Below, one piece after another: positions 8,961-17,969 of a stretch of DNA of 64,000 nt. The translations under genes and the position numbers were made by a program. The stretch's first letter is position 1; every line of letters starts with the position of its first letter. Below the pieces are notes generated by a model. That model was not told where the DNA came from. It did no database searches and saw nothing but the letters and a program-made list of their open reading frames with translations. The stretch covers positions 186,001-250,000 of IMG/VR virus record IMGVR_UViG_3300042350_004528; one strand, given 5' to 3'.

Positions 8961-8984
8961 AATGCAAATATAAGTATAATAAAT

Positions 8985-9200
8985 TTAACTCGCAAATGGT
9001 TTCCAACTTAATGGTTCATCGGTTGAAAGGTCGCAAGCAATTTCAATGTTGTTTAAGTGTGTCCAACACTCGTCAGCCATTCCCGTTGGTTGCTCAAATT
9101 GTTTTGCCAACCCGTTCTCATAGATAAACTTTCGGATAACATCCAAGTCATCTTTAACCATTGCAAGGCGGTGCTTTAATTGATCGATTTCGTTTTCCAT
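8985..9200 (-). CDS. Hypothetical protein, 71 aa
   Basis: Leaderless-type start; ends PFAS. Confidence 0.78.
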   Translation of the reverse strand: MENEIDQLKHRLAMVKDDLDVIRKFIYENGLAKQFEQPTGMADECWTHLNNIEIACDLSTDEPLSWKPFAS

Positions 9201-9236
9201 ATCACAAAGATAAACGAAATAAATTTAATGTGCAAA

Positions 9237-9536
9237 TTAATCAACAACTCCGTTCCCGTAGTAAAGGTCAAACGATTTCTTTTTATAGTCATCGGACTTT
9301 AACCACGCTTGGTACTTTTGTTCCCACTCGTTGTCTTGAAACTTGTAATAACTCCCGTTGCAATATCTTAAACGATTATTCAGTTTATAGAATTGTTCAA
9401 ACAAACCTATCTCGGTTATGTCCGCAATTTCCTTTGTACTGGTGATAACCGATGTCTTATCAAGGTAACAAAAACCCGTTTCGGTTACAACCGTTTCGTT
9501 TCTTGGGTTCCAATAGTTCAATGTCGCTTTGTGCAT
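9237..9536 (-). CDS. Hypothetical protein, 99 aa
   Basis: ORF with array promoter. Confidence 0.82.
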   Translation of the reverse strand: MHKATLNYWNPRNETVVTETGFCYLDKTSVITSTKEIADITEIGLFEQFYKLNNRLRYCNGSYYKFQDNEWEQKYQAWLKSDDYKKKSFDLYYGNGVVD

Positions 9537-9589
9537 ATCGTTTGATTTCTTGATACAAAGATAAGTGTAGTTTTTTTAACTTGCAAATT

Positions 9590-9907
9590 TTATTTCAAAA
9601 TAATACCATCAACAATCAACACTCGGTCATACTTTAAAATCTTAATATCAGCCAATAGTTTAGTTGTTTTACGAAGATACTCCGCTTCAGTCATATTAGA
9701 ATACTCCAATTCATTTTCAATCTTACTTAACTTATTTTGACTTCTTTCGGCTTTTTTAACCATTTCGTGGTAAAGTTCGGAAAGGGTTTCCTTTGTGTCG
9801 CTTGGACTACCTGCGATAATATCTGTTTGTTGGTGGCGAACGCTTGAATAGTCGGTGTCATAAACTCCAACGCAGGTGTAGTCTGTTTTTAATCCGATTA
9901 ATAACAT
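9590..9907 (-). CDS. Hypothetical protein, 105 aa
   Basis: Start corrected to MLLIG. Confidence 0.8.
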   Translation of the reverse strand: MLLIGLKTDYTCVGVYDTDYSSVRHQQTDIIAGSPSDTKETLSELYHEMVKKAERSQNKLSKIENELEYSNMTEAEYLRKTTKLLADIKILKYDRVLIVDGIILK

Positions 9908-10038
9908 ATTGTTTGTTTGTTTTGTTGATACAAAGATAAACAAAATAAATTTAACTTGCAAACTTTATCACAAAAAAAAGATAAAAAAAACTTACATTAA
10001 AGTTTGCACATTAAAAAAAATACATTTACCTTTGTATT

Positions 10039-10150
10039 GTCCAATTAAGGAAGGGCGGGCACTCAAAAGGTGGCTGGGGTGTTCTAAGGGAACCTGCCCT
10101 TTACTCTCGTATTATGTTAAATAAAAAAAAAGGGGATTGCTCCCCTTTTC
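10039..10150 (+). ncRNA. Putative structured small RNA 2 (three-way junction)
   Basis: The only + array promoter in the - block (TTTG 10003, TACCTTTG 10027-10034); stem AAGGGCGGG(10051-59)/CCUGCCCUU(10093-101); internal GCACUC/GGGUGU and GUUC/GAAC hairpins; ends at bidirectional terminator ~10127-10150. Confidence 0.65.
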
Positions 10151-10168
10151 TTGTTTCGGCTTTCTCGC

Positions 10169-10684
10169 TTACTTGAAAGCGATTACATTCTTGTTGGCTC
10201 TCACTTCCTTAATGCCCTCAATCTTGATTGTGCGGAAGATTACTTCATCTGCAACACCTTGATTTGCGGCACTTGAAACTCGCTTAAAGTTCTTGATGAT
10301 TTCCACTTCTTCTGCGGTGGCTTCTTTGCCATCAACAAAGTATTGCAACACTTCTGCACTTTCAACAATGCCCGACAAATACATTTTGTCTTGTGCTTTC
10401 TTGCTTCTTACGATTGCACCATTCTTGCTATCGTAAACTTTCTCGTGCCAATTACTTTTGGCTTGAAAATCGGCTTCTTTGCCCTCACGAACACGCTGAT
10501 TGTTTACTGCATTTTGGTACACAGCATTAAGCAAAAACTTGTAGTTTACAAGTTTGGTAACATTCGCCTTACGCAAAGGATTACCTGTTTTTACCATGTC
10601 TTGTTCAACATTGGCAATGATTGTTGCGAAGGTGGCACTTCCGCCATCGTTAATCGCATTGAAGATGATTTGTTCTTTGTTCAT
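10169..10684 (-). CDS. Hypothetical protein, 171 aa, paralogue of 1..313
   Basis: Shared INDGGSA, KTGNPLR, TKLVxY, REGKEADFxAKxNW. Confidence 0.88.
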   Translation of the reverse strand: MNKEQIIFNAINDGGSATFATIIANVEQDMVKTGNPLRKANVTKLVNYKFLLNAVYQNAVNNQRVREGKEADFQAKSNWHEKVYDSKNGAIVRSKKAQDKMYLSGIVESAEVLQYFVDGKEATAEEVEIIKNFKRVSSAANQGVADEVIFRTIKIEGIKEVRANKNVIAFK

Positions 10685-10760
10685 ATTGTATCGTTTTTTG
10701 ATGATGCAAATATAAGTGCAATAAATTTAACTTGCAAATTTTACTGCAAAAAAATTAAAA

Positions 10761-11078
10761 TTATTCTTCAAGCAATTCCGTAACCTCAAATTCCTTTTCC
10801 TCAATCATCTTCAACAAACAAATAAGTTGGTCGGTTGAAAGGTCTTGCAAAGAAATGGTGTCCATATCGTGTCCACTATCAATAAACACTCGTTCATCAA
10901 GTGTAACCCCACCAATAACCTCGTTCATTTGGTCATCAATGTAGTTAAAGATAATACCACCATGCAGGTTTATCTCTTGTGCGTTGTTGCATATCATTTC
11001 GGTCTTAATATCCTCAATGATTTCCTTTCGTTGCAATTCAATGCGAAGATTGTGTCGGTATGATTTATCTTTGTTCAT
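10761..11078 (-). CDS. Hypothetical protein, 105 aa
   Basis: ORF between identical promoter copies. Confidence 0.82.
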   Translation of the reverse strand: MNKDKSYRHNLRIELQRKEIIEDIKTEMICNNAQEINLHGGIIFNYIDDQMNEVIGGVTLDERVFIDSGHDMDTISLQDLSTDQLICLLKMIEEKEFEVTELLEE

Positions 11079-11129
11079 AGGTTTGTTTTTGATGATGCAA
11101 ATATAAGTGCAATAAATTTAACTCGCAAG

Positions 11130-11369
11130 TTAAACTTCGATTTCACCACTTTTTATTTTCTCGTCAATCAGTTGTTCATACTCGGTTTGTATTTCCTTTG
11201 AACACTGGCTAACTTGGATCGCGACAAACTCACCATGAGGTAAACCCTCAAGTGCGTCATCAACGCTTCCCGCAAAAAACAATTTGTTATCGGACTTCCA
11301 ACGCAAGGGTTGGTCTGTTCCTCTTTCAAACACCAAATAGGTGTTTTCCTTTTTGTATATGTTGTTCAT
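11130..11369 (-). CDS. Hypothetical protein, 79 aa
   Basis: ORF track. Confidence 0.75.
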   Translation of the reverse strand: MNNIYKKENTYLVFERGTDQPLRWKSDNKLFFAGSVDDALEGLPHGEFVAIQVSQCSKEIQTEYEQLIDEKIKSGEIEV

Positions 11370-11547
11370 ACGCTTGGCGTTCTTCTTTGATTTTTATGAG
11401 AGTATTCAACTTGTTCTTTGCACATTCAATCGCTTCTTTCTTCGCACCCTTGTATTCAATAACCCACATTAAGTTTGCTTCTTCTTGGTGAAAGTTATTT
11501 GAACTCAAATTTCGCAACCAATAGTCATAGTTTGAATACATACTCAT
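11326..11547 (-). CDS. Hypothetical protein, 73 aa
   Basis: ORF track. Confidence 0.7.
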   Translation of the reverse strand: MSMYSNYDYWLRNLSSNNFHQEEANLMWVIEYKGAKKEAIECAKNKLNTLIKIKEERQAYEQHIQKGKHLFGV

Positions 11548-11551
11548 AGCG

Positions 11552-11668
11552 TTATAGTTTAGTTAATATACGAAAGATAAGGGCAATAAAATGTAGTGTT
11601 ATTACCAACACTCCAAATATCACAACAAAGTAATAAAAGTAATCGTGTGCTGTCCTTTTCAATTTCAT
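11552..11668 (-). CDS. 38-aa membrane peptide
   Basis: MKLKRTAHDYFYYFVVIFGVLVITLHFIALIFRILTKL; ATG 4 nt after -7 box. Confidence 0.65.
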   Translation of the reverse strand: MKLKRTAHDYFYYFVVIFGVLVITLHFIALIFRILTKL

Positions 11669-11705
11669 AATACAAAGATAAGTGAATTAAATTTAATGTG
11701 CAAAT

Positions 11706-11954
11706 TTACAAGTGAGTAACATGCCCACAATTTAAGCATTCAATATAAGGTTTTCCACCTTGTGCAACAATAACACTTTCTTTGGGAAACAACCACCATT
11801 CATTCTCGCCACATTGTTCACATTCTGCATTCTCACTCCCCATTCTCTCGGTCATTGTCATTTGTCCCTTTCCTTTCAAATGTGGGTACACCAGGTCAAG
11901 TACATTTCCATTCACTTCTTGAAGGACTGCTTGATAAAATTTCGGTTTGCTCAT
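11706..11954 (-). CDS. Zn-ribbon protein, 82 aa
   Basis: CEQC..CLNC. Confidence 0.8.
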   Translation of the reverse strand: MSKPKFYQAVLQEVNGNVLDLVYPHLKGKGQMTMTERMGSENAECEQCGENEWWLFPKESVIVAQGGKPYIECLNCGHVTHL

Positions 11955-12054
11955 ACTCGTTTTGTTTTTGATAGTTCAAAGATAAGTGAATTAAATTTAA
12001 TATGCAAATAAAAAGGGGACTTTCGCCCCCTTTTTTTACCCACAGTTTTATGGT

Positions 12055-12711
12055 TTAATCATCACTATCACTATACTCGTAAACCTCACAATCAACATAC
12101 AACTTCACATACAACTTGCCCTCTTGTTCAACAACCTCTAAACCATTCTCGCCCTCATCTTCTGCCGTATTGTAGTTTACGCTATCATCAGTAATTTCGC
12201 CCTTGTGTTCGGGTGTCCAATCGTTTGCACAATCTTGGAAACTTTCGTGCAACTGCTCAATCATTTGTTCGTTTTCTTCGGTAAGAATGAAATCCTTTTT
12301 GTAGTCAGTATTCTTTCCGTTCCAATTAGTGTGCGACATACCACCAATGTATTCAGTTAGAAAGTCGGCTTGTTCCTTTGTAACCTCACAAAGTACATTA
12401 CCACTATACCTTTCGCACCACTCCGATTGAGCCGATTTTGAGTAAGTGAAATCATCTTCTTCATCACTCAATTCAATACGGACAATACCACTTTCGCCCA
12501 TATAGTGTCCGTCAGACGCTTCATAAAACTGAACTTGGTTGTAAACCTCATTGTCAAAGTAGTCAGTTAAACCACTTTCATCATTCACAATCTCGCCCTT
12601 TTTATCGTGGAACAAAAGGTTTGTGTCATTCATACTATCGCCACCACAACTGAAATGAAATTCAGCGAAAGCGATTTTTTGGGCTTTCCATTTTTCAATA
12701 ATTTCTTGCAT
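12055..12711 (-). CDS. DUF6878-like acidic protein, 218 aa
   Basis: FSCGGDS motif; adjacent to DUF6915-like gene. Confidence 0.6.
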   Translation of the reverse strand: MQEIIEKWKAQKIAFAEFHFSCGGDSMNDTNLLFHDKKGEIVNDESGLTDYFDNEVYNQVQFYEASDGHYMGESGIVRIELSDEEDDFTYSKSAQSEWCERYSGNVLCEVTKEQADFLTEYIGGMSHTNWNGKNTDYKKDFILTEENEQMIEQLHESFQDCANDWTPEHKGEITDDSVNYNTAEDEGENGLEVVEQEGKLYVKLYVDCEVYEYSDSDD

Positions 12712-12754
12712 ATCGTTTTTGTTTTTGATTGGTACAAAGATAAATGAAATAAAT

Positions 12755-13171
12755 TTAACTTGCAAGTTCTTCGTTCTCTTTTCTTAATTTATCCAAGAAA
12801 ACATTTGCAGTTTCAATACTTTCGGGGTTGTCCACCAACTTAACCCCATTGTGTATCCAATCGGGCAAATCAAAGTGTTTAAGATAGTCCTGTGCAGTCG
12901 GCACAAACTTCATACGGAAATCTTCCAAGATATGCAACATAGCAATATCAATCGTGTCTACACTTCTACCACTTGAATTGGTTATATTGTAACCAAACAC
13001 CTTTGGAATGATTGTGTAAGCAAACCAAGTATTGTGTGTTAATACCCTTGCTGAATTGTTGTTCATAGTCGCTTTCGGACTATCAATAAGTTCGTGGATA
13101 GCCAAGTAATCTTCCACTTTACCACCCCAACGCTTAACGCTGGACTTTGAATGAATTAACGGATTAGCCAT
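12755..13171 (-). CDS. DUF6915-like protein
   Basis: MANPLIHSKSSVKRWGGKVEDYLAIH..HILED. Confidence 0.72.
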   Translation of the reverse strand: MANPLIHSKSSVKRWGGKVEDYLAIHELIDSPKATMNNNSARVLTHNTWFAYTIIPKVFGYNITNSSGRSVDTIDIAMLHILEDFRMKFVPTAQDYLKHFDLPDWIHNGVKLVDNPESIETANVFLDKLRKENEELAS

Positions 13172-13294
13172 ATTGTTTTGTTTTTTGATATTGCAAATGT
13201 AAGTGTAATAAATTTAACTCGCAAATTTTAACACAAAAAAAGGGGGAAATTTCTTTCCACCCTCTTTTCTTTATCAAATAAACAAACAAAATCC

Positions 13295-13564
13295 TCAATC
13301 CCAAATTCGTGTAACTTGTTGGCTGAATGGGTTGTACTCAACTTGTTTACCCATTTTCCAATCCCCTTTGTCCACTAACAAGGTTTTGTGTTCGTTACTC
13401 CACGCACCATTCGGTTTTTCGTGTTTCAGTTCACTATCCTCTTTGACAAGGACTTCGGGGAAATCGGTTTTCTCTTGCAAGTCCATAGCGAAATTGCCAT
13501 AGAGTGTGTGTTGGTTTGTTCCCTCGCCCACCAACAAAGTGTGCTTTGTTAAACTCTTTTTCAT
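13295..13564 (-). CDS. Small His-containing protein of the type that partners DUF6745-like proteins, 89 aa
   Basis: GEGTNQH..LKHE..EH..QVEYNP..RIWD. Confidence 0.65.
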   Translation of the reverse strand: MKKSLTKHTLLVGEGTNQHTLYGNFAMDLQEKTDFPEVLVKEDSELKHEKPNGAWSNEHKTLLVDKGDWKMGKQVEYNPFSQQVTRIWD

Positions 13565-13626
13565 ATCATTTATGTTTTTGATTGGTACAAAGATAAGTAT
13601 AATTTTTTTAATGTGCAAGTATTTTT

Positions 13627-14304
13627 TTAACTTTCTGCAACAAGTAATGTTTTGTACTCTTTCTCGGTCAAGTGTCTTGCACTACCCAAAGATTGGTATT
13701 TACCCTTTGGTTTAATCATAATACAATCCCCTTGTCGGATAATCTTCTCAATCTTACCCATTGGAATATCGGTTTGGATAGTCCACGCAATACATTGTAT
13801 AGCGTTTACTTTCTTTTTGTCAAACTTCCACATATCCCCCAAATCGTTTGTGCGATATACGGACTGCAAATCAACCCAAATAAGATATTCTCTATCGGTG
13901 CTTGTATCTTTGCAACGGACATAATGACAACTTTCCATACCCCTACCATTCAACCCCTCGTTAAAATAACTACCCTCAACCTCGTACAATTCATAAGTAT
14001 CGTTAAACTTGTGTTCAACCAATTTACCATTGGTATCAACCCAAGTGGTTGATTTTTTGAGTGTTTTTTTGGATAACAATTTTGGGTTTACATCAGCGAC
14101 AATTTTGTCCAAACCCAAATGTAAAACACCAATTCGCCTTTGTTCAAGGTTGTTTAATCGTGCAATCTCATTGAAAGACAAGGGAACAATATCGTTCCAA
14201 AAATCTTCAAGTTGTTCCATTGGACAATCCTCTTTGTGTTTCAGTTTTAGAACACGACACCCCAAGTCAAAGGGGAACTCTACATTGTTGATTACTAATT
14301 TCAT
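13627..14304 (-). CDS. DUF6745-like protein, 225 aa
   Basis: NLEQRR, CKDTSTDREY, IAWT, RQGD motifs. Confidence 0.55.
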   Translation of the reverse strand: MKLVINNVEFPFDLGCRVLKLKHKEDCPMEQLEDFWNDIVPLSFNEIARLNNLEQRRIGVLHLGLDKIVADVNPKLLSKKTLKKSTTWVDTNGKLVEHKFNDTYELYEVEGSYFNEGLNGRGMESCHYVRCKDTSTDREYLIWVDLQSVYRTNDLGDMWKFDKKKVNAIQCIAWTIQTDIPMGKIEKIIRQGDCIMIKPKGKYQSLGSARHLTEKEYKTLLVAES

Positions 14305-14452
14305 ATTGTTTCGTTTTTGATAGTGCAAATGTAAGTGTAATAAATTTAACTTGCAAGTATTCACAAAAAATAATTTGAAATACTTTTCTTTTCTCTGGCA
14401 ATCAAGTTAAAAAGAAAAAGGGGACTTTCGCCCCCTTATCTTGTTCATACTT

Positions 14453-15280
14453 TTAGTTATTCCAACAAGCGTTGAAAAATTCAAGGTAATCTTCTTTGCG
14501 ACCATAGGTTTTTCCGTTAAAGTCGCGTTTCTTCATACCCCTTTTAATACATTCAATAAACTTGTTTTGGCTCTTGTAGTATTTCTCAACTCCCAAGTTA
14601 CCCATAAAGTTAATCAACCCCGTTGTCGCATATTGACTGCGAACAAACCCCGTTGCATTGTAGAAGAAATCAATCGCATTGATACGCTTAATTGCTTCTT
14701 GCATATCAACAACTTTGAAACTCCCGTTTATGATTTGCTTCTTTGCCAAAGCGGTGGTTGAATTTGTGAGCAAAGCGGCAATCGTTGTGTGGGTGAGAGA
14801 GAAATCCTCCGTTAATTGACTAATAACTTTTACATCTTTGTTGAAATCCGACCAACCACAAATAAAGTCGGATATACCCCAATTACGAGAACTGCTATTT
14901 AATTTCGTTACAACAATCAACGCTTCCTTTTCGTCTTTCACCTCAATAAGTTTGCAACGAATAGGTAATTCAACACCCTTTAAGGCGGTGGTTAAATGTT
15001 GTCCATCAGCCACATTGTAAGACATACCGATTTTAACAACAACCACATCACGAAGAACTGCACCTAATTGTGTAACGCTTGAAGCCATTTTTTGGACATG
15101 AGAAGGTGATACTTTTCGGTTAAACTTTAATAGTTTTAACAACTCATAATTAGTTGTTTCAACAATCGCAGGGTAACAAATTACATTACCATTCACATCA
15201 TACTCAATCGTTTCTTTGAGTAAGGTTTTGAACGCAAAATTCCTTGAATTTTTACGCCCGATTTTCTCTGTTTTTTTCAT
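14453..15280 (-). CDS. ParB/Srx-like N-terminal domain protein, 275 aa
   Basis: FNRKV..HV and VADGQH (canonical DGQHR; R replaced by L). Confidence 0.7.
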   Translation of the reverse strand: MKKTEKIGRKNSRNFAFKTLLKETIEYDVNGNVICYPAIVETTNYELLKLLKFNRKVSPSHVQKMASSVTQLGAVLRDVVVVKIGMSYNVADGQHLTTALKGVELPIRCKLIEVKDEKEALIVVTKLNSSSRNWGISDFICGWSDFNKDVKVISQLTEDFSLTHTTIAALLTNSTTALAKKQIINGSFKVVDMQEAIKRINAIDFFYNATGFVRSQYATTGLINFMGNLGVEKYYKSQNKFIECIKRGMKKRDFNGKTYGRKEDYLEFFNACWNN

Positions 15281-15452
15281 AAAGAATTATTTTTTGTTTT
15301 TGATTGGTGCAAATATGAGTGTAATTTTTTTAACTCGCAAATTTTATCACAAAAAAATTTAAAAAACTTTTCAAACCTGGTGGATCCATAAAAAGAAAGG
15401 GGCAATGTTTCCACCGCCCCCTATTGTTGTAATCAAAAAACGCAACAATATA

Positions 15453-16058
15453 TTATTCTGTAAGGTCAAAAATGAACTCTGTATATCCTTTCGGTATTCT
15501 ATTTCCAACCGAAATTGAATGACGAGCCCAAACTCCAACCTGCCCTCTTTCATCCCCTCTAAAATCTCCACCGCCTCGCCCGTTGCCCTCGCAAGTTAGC
15601 AAAGGTAAAGGGTGAATTGTGAACGGCCACTTTTTCCCGTTCTTATCTTCCCAATAATCGCTAACGGGTACTTTTGTTTTATCAACATACTGCTTTTTGG
15701 TATGGTTGATAATGTACTGATACCTTGAACGATTAACACGGGTAGGTGCGAGCTCGTTATCATCATCGCAAAGGTCGTAAAGATTAACCTCTCTAACTTT
15801 CCCCTCTTCGTCTTGGTGAGTTAAACCTTTTTCCCCGTCTGCATAATCACCAGCCCAAACTACACGGGCTTTGTTAAACTTTCCTCTCGGTGATAACAAC
15901 TTTTCAAAAGTGTTCACAAAATCGTTACGCATCCACGAGTGCTCCATAAGTTTGAGCCCGTTGTTGTACTTGTGTGAATACATCCACCCTAAGACCGTTT
16001 CTTTTTCATCATCGCCCGTCTTTTCAGCGAGAATACAAGGTTTGTAATACTGTCCCAT
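15453..16058 (-). CDS. Phage hypothetical protein, 201 aa
   Basis: MGQYY, GLKLMEHSW, HPLPLLTCEGNGRGGGD. Confidence 0.85.
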   Translation of the reverse strand: MGQYYKPCILAEKTGDDEKETVLGWMYSHKYNNGLKLMEHSWMRNDFVNTFEKLLSPRGKFNKARVVWAGDYADGEKGLTHQDEEGKVREVNLYDLCDDDNELAPTRVNRSRYQYIINHTKKQYVDKTKVPVSDYWEDKNGKKWPFTIHPLPLLTCEGNGRGGGDFRGDERGQVGVWARHSISVGNRIPKGYTEFIFDLTE

Positions 16059-16113
16059 ATCTGTTTTGATTTATGAATACAAAGGTAAGTGTAATTTTTT
16101 TAATGTGCAAATT

Positions 16114-16278
16114 TTAATTCAATAATTTTATCCAACCTTGTGAGTGTGCTTCATTTATAAGATACTCATCACTAACACTATTATAGTTCTCATCACCTTG
16201 GGAACGCAAAAACTCTACCATTGCTTCATCACCTTTATAGGTAATCCCTGTGTTATTGTCTATCCAAATGTTCATCAT
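16114..16278 (-). CDS. Hypothetical protein, 54 aa
   Basis: Manual translation MMNIWIDN..; ATGA overlap with upstream stop. Confidence 0.65.
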   Translation of the reverse strand: MMNIWIDNNTGITYKGDEAMVEFLRSQGDENYNSVSDEYLINEAHSQGWIKLLN

Positions 16279-16508
16279 TGCCACCCTTGTTTTATTATTA
16301 CATTTTTTTTACCCTGTTTAATCCAGTGTTCAAACCATTCGCCCCATTCACCTCTCCTGTGTCGGTAAACGCAAATGTATTCATCAAAACTATCGTTCAT
16401 AAATGCATTCATACGCTTCTTAACTTCTGCGTATGTATTCACCCTCAAAGAAACATCTTTTCCTTGTTGGTTTCTATAACTCACCGAAGGTTTAAATGCT
16501 TTTGCCAT
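16275..16508 (-). CDS. Hypothetical protein, 77 aa
   Basis: RRGEWGEWFEHW motif. Confidence 0.82.
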   Translation of the reverse strand: MAKAFKPSVSYRNQQGKDVSLRVNTYAEVKKRMNAFMNDSFDEYICVYRHRRGEWGEWFEHWIKQGKKNVIIKQGWQ

Positions 16509-16509
16509 A

Positions 16510-16860
16510 TTACTTCCACAAATTTTCGTAAGACATCAATGAAGCGGTAATCCTTTCAATAAACAAATCACCCCACTCAACATCACTCATCGTTCCGATA
16601 CCCTTTTGGTTTTTGTAATCTTTCAAATCATTGTTCATTTCAAACAAAATAGTTTTACAAGCAATTAACCTTTCGGGTATTTCAAAATCGGTGCTTTCGT
16701 TACTCTCTCTGCGATAATACTCCGCAATGTTGATAACCTCATCAACCAATTGTTCATCGGACATCTTCGCATACTTAACCATATCTTGCGGTGTTTCGAT
16801 TTCATCCCCCGCCATATCCACAATGGCGTCTATTAGTTTTTCTCTCATTGTTTGTTTCAT
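16510..16860 (-). CDS. Hypothetical protein, 116 aa
   Basis: Leaderless-type start. Confidence 0.8.
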   Translation of the reverse strand: MKQTMREKLIDAIVDMAGDEIETPQDMVKYAKMSDEQLVDEVINIAEYYRRESNESTDFEIPERLIACKTILFEMNNDLKDYKNQKGIGTMSDVEWGDLFIERITASLMSYENLWK

Positions 16861-16953
16861 AGTACAAAGATAAGTGTAATAAATTTAATGTGCAAATTTT
16901 TTTACAAAAAAAAGGGATAATTTCTTATCCCCTTTGTATTCAATCGTTACGGA

Positions 16954-17469
16954 TTAATAAGCGTATTCAACTTCCCAACCCGCATTTGTTTTCTTCTTCT
17001 GCAAGAAAGGTTTAAGGTCTTTAATGAACTTCTTTTCCGCCTCGCTATCAAAGAATGAACCCAAAGCACTCTTAACCACTTCAAGTATCGGTGTGTTGGT
17101 TGTTGTATCAGCGAATGTGCAATACAAATCAGCACTCCAATCTTTTGGTATTGAGCCGTGTTCTTGGTGTGATACCTTTGCTTTCTTCAAACCTCTCTCA
17201 ATACGAACAATCGGTGTTTCGTAAATGTCGGTCATATCATCGTACCAATCAATTTCGCTGAATGATACTGACATTGACAACAACTTTTTGGTCTTGATTG
17301 ACTTCCAAAAGTTTTCAACTTCCTCAGCAATTCGTTTCTCGTTCACATACAACTGCGACTTGCGTGATGAACCCGAATAGTCCGAACTGATACATAAACG
17401 GATTTTGTTTTCATTCAATCGGTTCACGCTAACCGAAAGCGACTCCTTGGTGAAAAGATTTTTTATCAT
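16954..17469 (-). CDS. Hypothetical protein, 171 aa
   Basis: Start corrected to MIKNL. Confidence 0.82.
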   Translation of the reverse strand: MIKNLFTKESLSVSVNRLNENKIRLCISSDYSGSSRKSQLYVNEKRIAEEVENFWKSIKTKKLLSMSVSFSEIDWYDDMTDIYETPIVRIERGLKKAKVSHQEHGSIPKDWSADLYCTFADTTTNTPILEVVKSALGSFFDSEAEKKFIKDLKPFLQKKKTNAGWEVEYAY

Positions 17470-17575
17470 ATCTTGTTTTGTTTTTGTTGATGCAAAGATA
17501 AGTACAATAAATTTAATGTGCAAATTTTAAGATAAAAAAAAGGGGAATTTCTTCCCCTTTCTTTTCAATGTTTTA

Positions 17576-17908
17576 TTACTCAACCACTTCTTCTTCTTTT
17601 GTTTCAATGTTGCTGAACAACTCTCCGATGTCGTGTGTGATTGCATTCACATAATGTGATGCATCAAAATCGGCATCATCAATCTCAATCTCGTTTCCGT
17701 TGGTAATTCGGAATGTAGTGCGGTATCCACTGATTTCAATATCACTTGGATCCGCTTCCTCAACGATCGCGATAACTCTTTCGCGTAACTCGTTAAGGTC
17801 TACCGAACTTTCACCCTCAACCTTGTTAATAAGATTGATGACATCTTCCTTTGTGAACAATGAACCTGCGGACTCGTTCACTAACTTAATAACTTCATTT
17901 TTTTTCAT
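17576..17908 (-). CDS. Acidic hypothetical protein, 110 aa
   Basis: Start corrected to MKKNE. Confidence 0.82.
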   Translation of the reverse strand: MKKNEVIKLVNESAGSLFTKEDVINLINKVEGESSVDLNELRERVIAIVEEADPSDIEISGYRTTFRITNGNEIEIDDADFDASHYVNAITHDIGELFSNIETKEEEVVE

Positions 17909-17969
17909 AGGTATTATATGTTTTTGATTATGATACAAATATAAGTGCAATAAATTTAATGTGCAAATT

